Part shown: positions 1 through 7,848 of the stretch, in pieces
Numbering within the stretch: the stretch's first letter is position 1
How the letters are laid out: each line of letters begins with the position of its first letter
NCBI GenBank assembly: GCA_023818895.1
Contig: JAMWCX010000002.1
Coordinates: 30,001-62,000, forward strand
Direction of reading: 5' to 3'
Length of the DNA: 32,000 nucleotides
Source: Candidatus Omnitrophota bacterium
GTDB taxonomy: Bacteria > Omnitrophota > Gorgyraeia > 2-01-FULL-45-10
The notes under the pieces: generated by a model
The model's database searches: none
Seen by the model: the letters and a program-made list of their open reading frames with translations, nothing else
Told to the model about the DNA's origin: nothing
Position numbers and translations under genes: made by a program

Positions 1-45
1 CCCATGCCCACTACAATCTTTACCACGTTGATCAAAAATGTTGGG

Positions 46-927
46 CTATTCCTCCGCCGTCACAGATGCCCCATCGCGCAGCTTCTGCTGGCCCATAATT
101 ACAACCGACTCTCCGACTTTAAGACCATCTATGACCTCGACATAGGCCCCCCGACGCGCGCCAAGCCTTACCTGCCGTAAACGCGCCTTGCCGTCCTCCA
201 CCACATAAACATAAAAAGGCTCGATGCGCCCAATCACGGCCTCTTTGAGGATGGCTGGATTCTGCCTGTGTTCCTCGATGATAAGACTAACTTTCGCGAA
301 CATGCCGGACTGAAGCCGGTGGTCCGGATTATCGATGACTATCTCGATAGGGGCGCTGCGCGTCTGCAAATCAATCACAGGGCTTATATTTTGAACATAT
401 CCGAGAAACTCTTCTTTTGGATAGGCGTCAACTCTGACTATCGCTTTCTGTCCTATCCGTATGCTGGGAAGATAGGTCTCCGGCACTTTAAGATATATCT
501 CCGCCTTGTCCATATCAGCAACGAGCGCTATAGGTGTCTGCATCGTTACACTTGATCCGATATCGACGTATATACGTCCTATCCTGCCGCTAAGCGGCGC
601 CTCAACAGGTGCCTTTTCGAATTTCAAGCCAACCTCATCCCGGTCGATATACGCTATCGGATCGCCTTTAGCAACAGTATCGCCTTCCTCTTTGACTTTT
701 TCTATTATTTTTCCGGTCACCTTAGGATATACAATAGCCTCATCCTGCCCCTTTATATCGCCAACGTACTCAAGTGTTCTCGAAACGTCTTCCAGCGACA
801 CCTTCATAACCTTTACCGGCATGGCCTCATTGCCAGCTTTAGTCTGCCGTCCTTTTTCGCAACCGCTTGTACCAACCGCTATTATGCATAAGCATATTAT
901 ATAAACGATACTGCGCTTCCGCTTCAT
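46..927 (-). CDS. efflux transporter periplasmic adaptor subunit (HlyD/MFP family), probable lipoprotein
   Basis: 293-aa ORF with an N-terminal hydrophobic signal ending in a Cys (AVGTSGC). Body resembles membrane-fusion adaptors (KVMKVSLEDV..., GDPIAYIDRDEV, GMFAKVSL, FYVYVVEDGKARLRQVRLG). AGGAG RBS precedes ATG at 927. It follows a TolC-like gene by 10 nt. Confidence 0.8.
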   Translation of the reverse strand: MKRKRSIVYIICLCIIAVGTSGCEKGRQTKAGNEAMPVKVMKVSLEDVSRTLEYVGDIKGQDEAIVYPKVTGKIIEKVKEEGDTVAKGDPIAYIDRDEVGLKFEKAPVEAPLSGRIGRIYVDIGSSVTMQTPIALVADMDKAEIYLKVPETYLPSIRIGQKAIVRVDAYPKEEFLGYVQNISPVIDLQTRSAPIEIVIDNPDHRLQSGMFAKVSLIIEEHRQNPAILKEAVIGRIEPFYVYVVEDGKARLRQVRLGARRGAYVEVIDGLKVGESVVIMGQQKLRDGASVTAEE

Positions 928-937
928 AACATTTCTC

Positions 938-2527
938 CTACTCTATCTTTATATTGTCGTATATTAGAGTCATGCCTTCGGCCAAGGCAAGTTCGGCGAT
1001 GGCCTTATTGTATTCTATGACGGCCTCGGCATAGCTAACCTCTGCTCGCGCCAACTTCTCCTGATAATCTATTATGTCGTGCGTGGAAACAAGCCCCGCT
1101 CTGAATCTCGCTTCTTGCGCCTCGTAATTCTTCTGTTCGGCATCCCTGTTCTTGATGCTTGCCTCAAGCATCCTGTATCTAATATCAACTTCGCGCACGG
1201 CGCTCCTCACTTCAAGTATTATCTTCTGCTCCATCCTCTTGAAAGCAAGCAGCGCCTGCTGTTTCTCAAGCTTAGATTTCTGATACTTACCCTTGGCATC
1301 ATCATTTCCAAGCGGCACCGTAACGCTTACGCCTACCTTCCAGTCATTATACATACCGCTACCCAGTATGCCCATGTCTTTCTCAAAGTTCTTAGCCAGG
1401 CCGTTATAGCCCCAACTTCCGACTAAATCTACGATCGGAAGCATGCCGTTCTTATTGTAGATAACGGTGATATCCTTGTTCTTCAAGTCTATCTTCGCCG
1501 CCTCGTAGTCCGGCCTGTGGCTGAAGGCCTTATCAAGTGAGTCTATACTATCAAGCTCTTTCTTCTCATACGCAAGCGCATCTAAGGGCTCAATATTGGC
1601 GCTCCACAATTCCACATCATTGACAAGGTTTGTGATGAATTTAAGGTTATCCTCAGCAAGTTTCATAACTCCTTCGGCGCCCGCGACCGCTTTTTCGAAA
1701 CGGGCGACTTCCGCTTCGGATTGCAAGAGATCCACATTCGATGCTATTCCTTTGGCATATTTTTCCTTGTTGATATTATACAGGTCCTCAACGCGCTTGA
1801 GCGAAACCACAGCCGTCTGGTACTGCGCACGGCTGTACTGGAAATCATAATAGGCCTTCTTCACGTCTGTAAGCGTCTTCATGACATCTTTCTTGAATTC
1901 CTGGATAGATTTTAGCTTATTGTTCTTCGCGATCAAAAAGTCCGCCTGAGTTACAACTATGCCGCCTCCTCTCATAAGGGGCTGTGTAACCGTTACCGCC
2001 GCAAAAGAGTCGAAGGTTGGATTTATAGCCTGAAAGAAAGGATCATAATTGGAACGGGTTCTTGTGGTATTGAAATCGAGAGCTATTTTAGTTCCGCTTA
2101 TAAGCGCTTGATCGTATCCGAAGTTTATTACGCTGGTCCTGACCTTGGTCGGATTCGGACCGAAAAGCGGCCGGTCACTGTTATCGGTATTATCCTCCAT
2201 CTCAAAATCAAACGAAAAGCTTGGATCGAACTTACCCGATGCCGTCTTAACGTTAGCATCCTCTATCTTAGGGGCGATACTCCTTATTAAGATTTCGGAA
2301 TTATTTTTAAGAGCCATGGCAACACAATCTACCATTGCTATTCTGAGGATTTTAGTTTTTTCCATTGAGGCTATATATGCGCCTTTGTCAAACCCCTCCC
2401 CAACCCCTCCTCTTTCGCGCTCACAACAAGATAGCGCCAAAGGGCCAAAAGGCCGCATCTCTTCAGCAGCCGCAAGTGCCGGAAATATAAATATAATGAT
2501 GATGAGAAATCCTAATGCCCTTTTCAT
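938..2527 (-). CDS. TolC-family outer-membrane efflux protein
   Basis: 529-aa ORF with a signal peptide (FIFPALAAAEE). It has the two-repeat coiled-coil/beta organisation and residue patterns of outer-membrane efflux proteins (ALKNNSEILI..., AYYDFQYSRAQYQ..., EARFRAGLVSTHDIIDYQ). Its ATG overlaps the MarR stop (ATGA). Confidence 0.8.
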   Translation of the reverse strand: MKRALGFLIIIIFIFPALAAAEEMRPFGPLALSCCERERGGVGEGFDKGAYIASMEKTKILRIAMVDCVAMALKNNSEILIRSIAPKIEDANVKTASGKFDPSFSFDFEMEDNTDNSDRPLFGPNPTKVRTSVINFGYDQALISGTKIALDFNTTRTRSNYDPFFQAINPTFDSFAAVTVTQPLMRGGGIVVTQADFLIAKNNKLKSIQEFKKDVMKTLTDVKKAYYDFQYSRAQYQTAVVSLKRVEDLYNINKEKYAKGIASNVDLLQSEAEVARFEKAVAGAEGVMKLAEDNLKFITNLVNDVELWSANIEPLDALAYEKKELDSIDSLDKAFSHRPDYEAAKIDLKNKDITVIYNKNGMLPIVDLVGSWGYNGLAKNFEKDMGILGSGMYNDWKVGVSVTVPLGNDDAKGKYQKSKLEKQQALLAFKRMEQKIILEVRSAVREVDIRYRMLEASIKNRDAEQKNYEAQEARFRAGLVSTHDIIDYQEKLARAEVSYAEAVIEYNKAIAELALAEGMTLIYDNIKIE

Positions 2528-2982
2528 TTTGCGCTTTCCTCTTGACCTTCCACATGCTCTTTTATATGGGTTAGTATTTTAAGGTATTCCTCACGCTCTC
2601 TCTGCGATATACCACTGAATATCTTTATGGTGGCCTGTTTACGCGCTTCCATAATATCCTTTACGGTAGATATCCCTTTCGCTGTTAGTTTCACCATTAC
2701 CACCCGCCGATCTCTTGGGTCGCTGGTACGCACTATATAGCCGTCCCTCACAAGTCTATCCACTATGCCCGTTACTGCAGCGGTTGACACATCCATAAAT
2801 TCAGCTATGTCTGACATCTTGGACTCATCCCGCCTGCTGAGAAACTCGAGGACAAAAAACTGCGGCATTGTAATTTTCATCTTGTAAAAATTTCCGACAT
2901 GCCTCCTCATGTATTCTTTCATGAGGGCAGGCATTATCTCCATAACGGCATCTGCAAATTCAGATATATCTAGGTAGGTCAT
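2524..2982 (-). CDS. MarR-family transcriptional regulator
   Basis: 152 aa with a winged-helix signature (MSDIAEFMDVSTAAVTGIVDRLVRDGYIVRTSDPRDRRVVMVKLTAKG). AGGAGG RBS upstream of ATG 2982. It is the first gene of the efflux operon. Confidence 0.85.
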   Translation of the reverse strand: MTYLDISEFADAVMEIMPALMKEYMRRHVGNFYKMKITMPQFFVLEFLSRRDESKMSDIAEFMDVSTAAVTGIVDRLVRDGYIVRTSDPRDRRVVMVKLTAKGISTVKDIMEARKQATIKIFSGISQREREEYLKILTHIKEHVEGQEESAK

Positions 2983-3028
2983 TGTTAAGCCTCCTTATGT
3001 TTAATAATATTAAATATTTACATTGTTA

Positions 3029-3057
3029 AATATACCATATAAAAAAAGACCCGTCAA
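3029..3057 (-). promoter_or_regulatory. sigma70-like promoter with downstream AT-rich dyad (candidate MarR operator)
   Basis: Minus strand reads TTGACG (3057-3052), 17 nt, TATATT (3034-3029). Between the -10 and the RBS lie a dyad AATATT-N-AATATT (3006-3018) and a direct repeat TTAAATAT (3010-3017 and 3026-3033). Confidence 0.4.
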
Positions 3058-3085
3058 GGTCCTTTTCAATAAAATCTTTCCTGTC

Positions 3086-3493
3086 TTATCGAGGGAGATT
3101 ATACCAGTTTATAGAAGCCTCGGCAAGGGATATCGGCCTTCCGGACTCTTTTGCAAACTGGCGCCTATAAAGCATTATAGCCTCAAGCTCATCGTAAAAC
3201 TTACGAGCAAAATCTAATGGGCTATGGAGAAACTCCACCCCTATTGTATATACACCTATTGTATCGTCGTGTTCTACGTGCACCACTCTTGCCCTCAGAA
3301 AGAAAATCTCCCCTTTCATAGATATCTTTATTATAAGCCTTGATCCTGTTTCCAACCGCTTGTCGGTCGAGATTAGTGCGCCGCCCTCGCACAGATTCAG
3401 TGTTATGGAGCTGCCCGCCGGGGCGTCATTTTCACATCTATATTCGATAGGGCAATATATTGGGTATCTTGGAAACCGTCTTCTTTCAACCAT
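3086..3493 (-). CDS. PilZ-domain protein (putative c-di-GMP receptor)
   Basis: N-terminal RRRFPR (RxxxR) motif followed about 30 aa later by NLCEGGALI (D/NxSxxG-like). The beta-barrel-like remainder is typical of PilZ. The ORF track starts at a GTG (3502). I prefer ATG 3493, which has GAAGGTGG 5 nt upstream. Confidence 0.7.
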   Translation of the reverse strand: MVERRRFPRYPIYCPIEYRCENDAPAGSSITLNLCEGGALISTDKRLETGSRLIIKISMKGEIFFLRARVVHVEHDDTIGVYTIGVEFLHSPLDFARKFYDELEAIMLYRRQFAKESGRPISLAEASINWYNLPR

Positions 3494-3520
3494 CTTTACC
3501 ACCTTCTTCGATCACAAATT

Positions 3521-3547
3521 AAAAATGCCTGGCAAGCCGCCAGGCAT
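3521..3547 (-). terminator. rho-independent terminator-type hairpin
   Basis: Perfect 9-bp stem (3525-3533 pairs with 3539-3547; ATGCCTGGC/GCCAGGCAT) with a 5-nt loop. On the minus strand it is followed by UUUUAAUUU. It lies 100 nt after the receiver-gene stop and 31 nt before the PilZ ATG. Confidence 0.6.
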
Positions 3548-3647
3548 ATATTCTTCGTGTCTGTTTGCTTACCATATTAATATATCATATTATGCTACCA
3601 TCGACAAGGCTTCATTTCCTAGTTTTTTATCTCTAACGGGCCTCTGG

Positions 3648-4013
3648 TCATCCGATATATTTTTTGACTAAACCCAACACGCCTTCCATACTTACAGGTT
3701 TTATGATATAGTCATCAGCGCCTAGCTTCCCTGCGTCAAAGGCATACTCGGTATCGCTTTTCGCGGTAATTATTATTACCGGTATGTGCGACAACCTCGG
3801 GTCGGTCTTAAGCCGCGAAAGAGCCTCGAAGCCATTCAGCTTAGGCATCACCAGATCCAAAAATATAAGAGCTGGCGCTTCCTTGGCTGCTTTCTCTATT
3901 CCATCATTGCCATTATGAGCGGATATAACCTCGTATCCATTTGCCTCAAGTCTCATCTTTATGGCATCTACAAAATCAAATTCATCGTCTATTACCAGCA
4001 CCTTCTTGTTCAT
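3648..4013 (-). CDS. single-domain response regulator (CheY-like receiver)
   Basis: 121 aa with an acidic pocket (VIDDEFDF), a phospho-acceptor context (IFLDLVMPKLNG), conserved T/S (IITAKSD) and Lys (YIIKP). No output domain. Its ATG overlaps the upstream stop. Confidence 0.9.
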   Translation of the reverse strand: MNKKVLVIDDEFDFVDAIKMRLEANGYEVISAHNGNDGIEKAAKEAPALIFLDLVMPKLNGFEALSRLKTDPRLSHIPVIIITAKSDTEYAFDAGKLGADDYIIKPVSMEGVLGLVKKYIG

Positions 4014-4735
4014 CTCATCTTTCTCCTTATCCTGCGGCCGGATATAGCCGCATAAATCTCATCTTTATCCACGACCCTGAAGCGCCCTTCTTTAAGGCCT
4101 TCCAAAGTCAAAGCCCCTATTCTTATACGTAATAGATCCACAACATCAAATCCAAGTTCCTCAAAAAGCCTCCTTAAATGCCTCTTCTTACCCTCGCATA
4201 CTATCACTCTTATCTTCGATATCGCTTTATCGGCATGCTCTATATAAGCCTGCTTTACCTTCAAAAAATCATCGCCCTCCCTCACGCCTCGCCTAATTGC
4301 CGCCAGACCCTTATCATCAACGAAGCCCTTAACGCTAACAAGATACTCTTTTTCGACTTCGAATTTTGGATGCGTGAGGCGGTAACAGGCCTCACCGTCG
4401 TTAGTAAGTATTATAAGGCCACGTGAAGGCTTATCGAGCCTGCCTACAGGATAAACCCTTCCGAATCTTTTCGGTATAAAATCTACTATCTTGGACTCGG
4501 CAAACTGGTCCTCAAGCGTAACGGTAACCCCTTTAGGCTTATTAAAGACCAGATACACGCTTTTTTCCAGGCGTAAAATCCTGCCCCTCGCTTTCACTGT
4601 ATCGTCGGTTCCGACTCTGAACCAAGGCTCGGTTACAACCTTTCCGTTTACCGTAACAGCGCCTTCTTTCACAAGTAAAGCGGCATCCCTGCGCGAGCAT
4701 AAACCACTTTTAGCAATGAATACATTCAAATTCAT
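4010..4735 (-). CDS. pseudouridine synthase, RsuA/RluB/RluE/RluF family, with N-terminal S4 domain
   Basis: S4 RNA-binding N-terminus (LNVFIAKSGLCSRRDAALLVKEGAVTVNG) and a catalytic-Asp motif (GRLDKPSRGLIILTNDGE). The specific rRNA target cannot be assigned. Confidence 0.85.
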   Translation of the reverse strand: MNLNVFIAKSGLCSRRDAALLVKEGAVTVNGKVVTEPWFRVGTDDTVKARGRILRLEKSVYLVFNKPKGVTVTLEDQFAESKIVDFIPKRFGRVYPVGRLDKPSRGLIILTNDGEACYRLTHPKFEVEKEYLVSVKGFVDDKGLAAIRRGVREGDDFLKVKQAYIEHADKAISKIRVIVCEGKKRHLRRLFEELGFDVVDLLRIRIGALTLEGLKEGRFRVVDKDEIYAAISGRRIRRKMR

Positions 4736-7050
4736 AATGCCGCTCTTCTGGTCTTAGCGCTCATAGCAAGGACTGCTAGAATCGTCACATTGAGTATGGC
4801 CAACATGAAGCATGTGCTAGGAATACCTATAATAGGTATCAATAATGTGCCTGTTATAAGCGCCCCAATACATGAACCCGCCAGCTCCATTCCGTATGTC
4901 ATACCGGCGACACGGCCTACGGACGATTCCTTATCAAGTAGTATATTGTTCGCGACCGGAAAGAGGAATCCGCCGATAGCGCCAGACAAAAAAGGTAGAA
5001 TCGTAAATACAATATCCGTCCCAACCCATGATGAAATATTCCCAATGGCAGTCGTCAGGTGCCCAAAAAGCCACGGCAAAAGCAAAGCGAATAAAAATAG
5101 CAAGGCCGGCACCACCATCAGGGCATTTTCTCCACTTCGTAGCTTCGGCGTGACTCGCGTCCCAAGCCATCCTCCTGTAGCAAGACCTGTCATATAGGCG
5201 GTAATTATAATCCCCAATTTATAGAATAGGTAGCCGTAAAGAATCTGGAAGGCAAGCAGTATTATTATCTGAAAGGTCATCTGGCTAAAACCGTTAACTG
5301 CCACGGTAGGAATCACGCTCCTTGCAAAGTCTTCTTTTTTTCTTGTCCCCACCAATCCAAAGACCAATATCAAACAGCAACCACATATTGCAAAAAGCCA
5401 TATAAACTTTGCCGTAATCGCTTTGAGGAAAGCGCTGAATAGCGAACCTTTAAACCGCGTAGTCCAGAACAATATATCGTAATAGTATGAGATAGGATAA
5501 AAATCCGAGTTTATACGGCTGCCCAAAGAGGCGGACTTTATTGTGTTATCCGTATAAGAGATATTCTGCGGCGACAACCTCGAAAAAAGGTAGTATTCCC
5601 TCACATACTTAAGGTCAAGGTTTCTTAATTTAGCCCTCTGCATGAGAATATTGAAGTCATAGGTAAGGCTGCTATTATCGTCAGATGCCAGGAAGTAGGA
5701 AGTCTCTCCTGGCAATACCTTCACTTCGCCGAAAACCGACTTCAGAGTGGCATATATGGAACCGAGAAACTCGGCAAGTTCCCTGCCTATATAGCTTTCG
5801 GATGAGGAAAGGCCTAAGGATAAAAGCCCTCCTTTCTTCATGACGGCCTTTGCCTCCTTGAAAAACTCAAGTGTATAGAACCTGTTTATCTGAGCGGTAG
5901 AGGGGGCGCCAAGGTTCACGATAATTACGTCGTATCTTGCTGCAGATGTGGTCTTTATGTAATATCTCGCGTCCATGAATATCGTTGACACTCTTTCGTC
6001 ATCGAGCGCTTTTTTATATTCGACGGGGAGATGTTGCTGGGCCAACTTAACGATAAGAGGGTCTAACTCTATGTAATCGATCTTCGCCAGGGAGTGACGC
6101 GCTATCTCCTCCAATAGGCCCCCCACCCCTCCGCCTATAAGGAGGACCACTTGAGGAGCTGGATGCTCTAAAAGCGCAAAGTGAGCAGCCTCTTCCGAAG
6201 CCTGTTTGTCCGGCACTGTATAAAGATGAAGGCCGTTGTTGAAAAAGGAAAGCTGGTTGCCTCTTTTTACAATAGCGACATTGCCATAGATAGAGTTTTT
6301 GGACGAAATTAGCTCGTAACCGGGCCACTGGGCCTTTGAAAGGTACAAGTCAACATGAGAGAAGCCATCATAAACAAACGCGATAATGATAAAGATAAGG
6401 AAAACAAGTGCCGGCAATGCCACGTATATGCGAAATTTTTCCTCTTTCGAGGACAAAATCAGGGCGATTGCCGCGCCCACCAAAAGCAGGCTTAAGACAG
6501 CCATTATCTGCATCGAAACCATCATGGGAATTAAAAAAAAGCTTGTGACGAGGCCGCCGACCATAGCTCCTATCGCCTCAAGAACATACACAGCGCCTGA
6601 GGCAATCGCCCCGCTTGGGCGCAGTGACCCATAAAGACGACACGCCAAAGCAAACATGAAGCCCAAAAGCATGCAGATCGGCGCAAGGATGAGGAAGGAC
6701 ATTATCATCACAGGAAAAAGTGGGATGGTTTCGCCCGGATTTACTCCGAGAAAAGTCTTCAGCGACCTTATAAAGAAGACAGCAAAAGGAAGAGCCGCGG
6801 CGAGGGCAAGCTGGCATAATGAAAAGATAAAAGCCTTATGTCTAATGCGGTCTGATAGCCGGCCAAGAAGGGCACTTCCTATGGCGCCTGTTATAAGCCA
6901 ACCTGCCAGTATGAAAGCGATGGAGAGTTCGTTACCGTAAAAAACCAAAAGGAACTCGCGCATCAGCACTATCTGTGATGCCATCGCAATAAAGCCGATA
7001 AGTATTATAGATAGGATCGAGCTCTTCTCGAAGCGCTTTTTATCGGTCAT
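4732..7050 (-). CDS. polytopic membrane protein fused to a spermidine-synthase-like (SpeE-fold) domain
   Basis: 772 aa. There are about 7 hydrophobic helices N-terminally and several more C-terminally. The central segment aligns by eye with SpeE (VVLLIGGGVGGLLEEI...IDYIELDP...RYDVIIVNLGAPSTAQINRFYTLEFF). Confidence 0.75.
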   Translation of the reverse strand: MTDKKRFEKSSILSIILIGFIAMASQIVLMREFLLVFYGNELSIAFILAGWLITGAIGSALLGRLSDRIRHKAFIFSLCQLALAAALPFAVFFIRSLKTFLGVNPGETIPLFPVMIMSFLILAPICMLLGFMFALACRLYGSLRPSGAIASGAVYVLEAIGAMVGGLVTSFFLIPMMVSMQIMAVLSLLLVGAAIALILSSKEEKFRIYVALPALVFLIFIIIAFVYDGFSHVDLYLSKAQWPGYELISSKNSIYGNVAIVKRGNQLSFFNNGLHLYTVPDKQASEEAAHFALLEHPAPQVVLLIGGGVGGLLEEIARHSLAKIDYIELDPLIVKLAQQHLPVEYKKALDDERVSTIFMDARYYIKTTSAARYDVIIVNLGAPSTAQINRFYTLEFFKEAKAVMKKGGLLSLGLSSSESYIGRELAEFLGSIYATLKSVFGEVKVLPGETSYFLASDDNSSLTYDFNILMQRAKLRNLDLKYVREYYLFSRLSPQNISYTDNTIKSASLGSRINSDFYPISYYYDILFWTTRFKGSLFSAFLKAITAKFIWLFAICGCCLILVFGLVGTRKKEDFARSVIPTVAVNGFSQMTFQIIILLAFQILYGYLFYKLGIIITAYMTGLATGGWLGTRVTPKLRSGENALMVVPALLFLFALLLPWLFGHLTTAIGNISSWVGTDIVFTILPFLSGAIGGFLFPVANNILLDKESSVGRVAGMTYGMELAGSCIGALITGTLLIPIIGIPSTCFMLAILNVTILAVLAMSAKTRRAAL

Positions 7051-7067
7051 TGATTATGCTTCGCTTT

Positions 7068-7742
7068 CTATGTTCCGTAACGGCTGAAAATAATCCCAAC
7101 CCCTAGCAACATTAAAAGAATAGCGCACATTACCTTGAAGAAGGTCAAGACAATTTGAGATCTGATGGTCTTCTGGATCACTTCTTTAAGAATGCCAACG
7201 ATAGCGCCAACCGTTATAAGACCTGATAGGAAAGTGCCGAGGCCGAAAGATAATGCATACAGAGCGCCGTCATATGAACCTTTTGACATAAGGGCGATTT
7301 CAAATAGAAGCGCGGCGAGCGGAACGCAAGGACTAATGCCGATCAGAAAGCCCAAAGCCAACAGCCCCCCAAAACCAGAGACCTTAGTATAGGCGGCGCC
7401 GAATGCGCATTGCGAGGATGACGGCTTGCGGACCAGAATAGTAATGCCAAGTACTATACTTACAACACCCGCAATAGATTTAAATACATAGTCAAGATTT
7501 GACTGTGTAAATTTTCTCAATAAGGCGCCTGAAGCCCCAGCGATTGCGCCAAGTATTACATAGGCGGATAACCTACCGGTCAGGAATATGAGAATATCTA
7601 TTAATGTCCGGTGCCATTGCTCCCTTTTTCCAAGAATATACGTAACCAGGATAGGCGCACAGACCAAAAAGCATGGGCCAACTACCCCGAAACTGAAGCC
7701 AATGCCGAAAATCTGGAGGTGAGTAATGAGGGTGTTAAACAT
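7068..7742 (-). CDS. DsbD/CcdA-superfamily integral membrane protein (putative transmembrane thiol-disulfide/electron-transfer protein)
   Basis: 224 aa with about 6 TM helices. Cys residues are embedded in TM1 (VVGPCFLVCAP) and a central TM (LIGISPCVPLAALL), as in CcdA/DsbD_2-type proteins. The assignment rests on topology and Cys placement only. Confidence 0.5.
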   Translation of the reverse strand: MFNTLITHLQIFGIGFSFGVVGPCFLVCAPILVTYILGKREQWHRTLIDILIFLTGRLSAYVILGAIAGASGALLRKFTQSNLDYVFKSIAGVVSIVLGITILVRKPSSSQCAFGAAYTKVSGFGGLLALGFLIGISPCVPLAALLFEIALMSKGSYDGALYALSFGLGTFLSGLITVGAIVGILKEVIQKTIRSQIVLTFFKVMCAILLMLLGVGIIFSRYGT

Positions 7743-7784
7743 TTTCCTTTATAATATTTAACGGAACGGAACGAATACGACGCA

Positions 7785-7804
7785 AAAAGTTATGCATAAT
7801 TTTT
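7785..7804. promoter_or_regulatory. 20-nt loop-less palindrome, candidate dimeric-regulator binding site
   Basis: AAAAGTTATG|CATAATTTTT matches 9 of 10 positions per half-site with no spacer. It is centred about 52 nt upstream of the ATG of the DsbD-like gene. Confidence 0.3.
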
Positions 7805-7848
7805 GGATGTGGGGGTATATTACACCTCTGCGGCGCTATTTTCCTTAT

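Noticed and set aside
1-45. Possible start of the next efflux gene (pump or ABC component) downstream of the adaptor gene
   Set aside because: At most a dozen or so codons could lie in the window, and no single start (a GTG or the ATG at 5-3) can be preferred. Nothing is identifiable.
3548-3647. Possible c-di-GMP riboswitch ahead of the PilZ gene
   Set aside because: I could not find the conserved GEMM-I or c-di-GMP-II core sequences. The segment is AT-rich, and the space between the putative start site and the hairpin is too short for either class.
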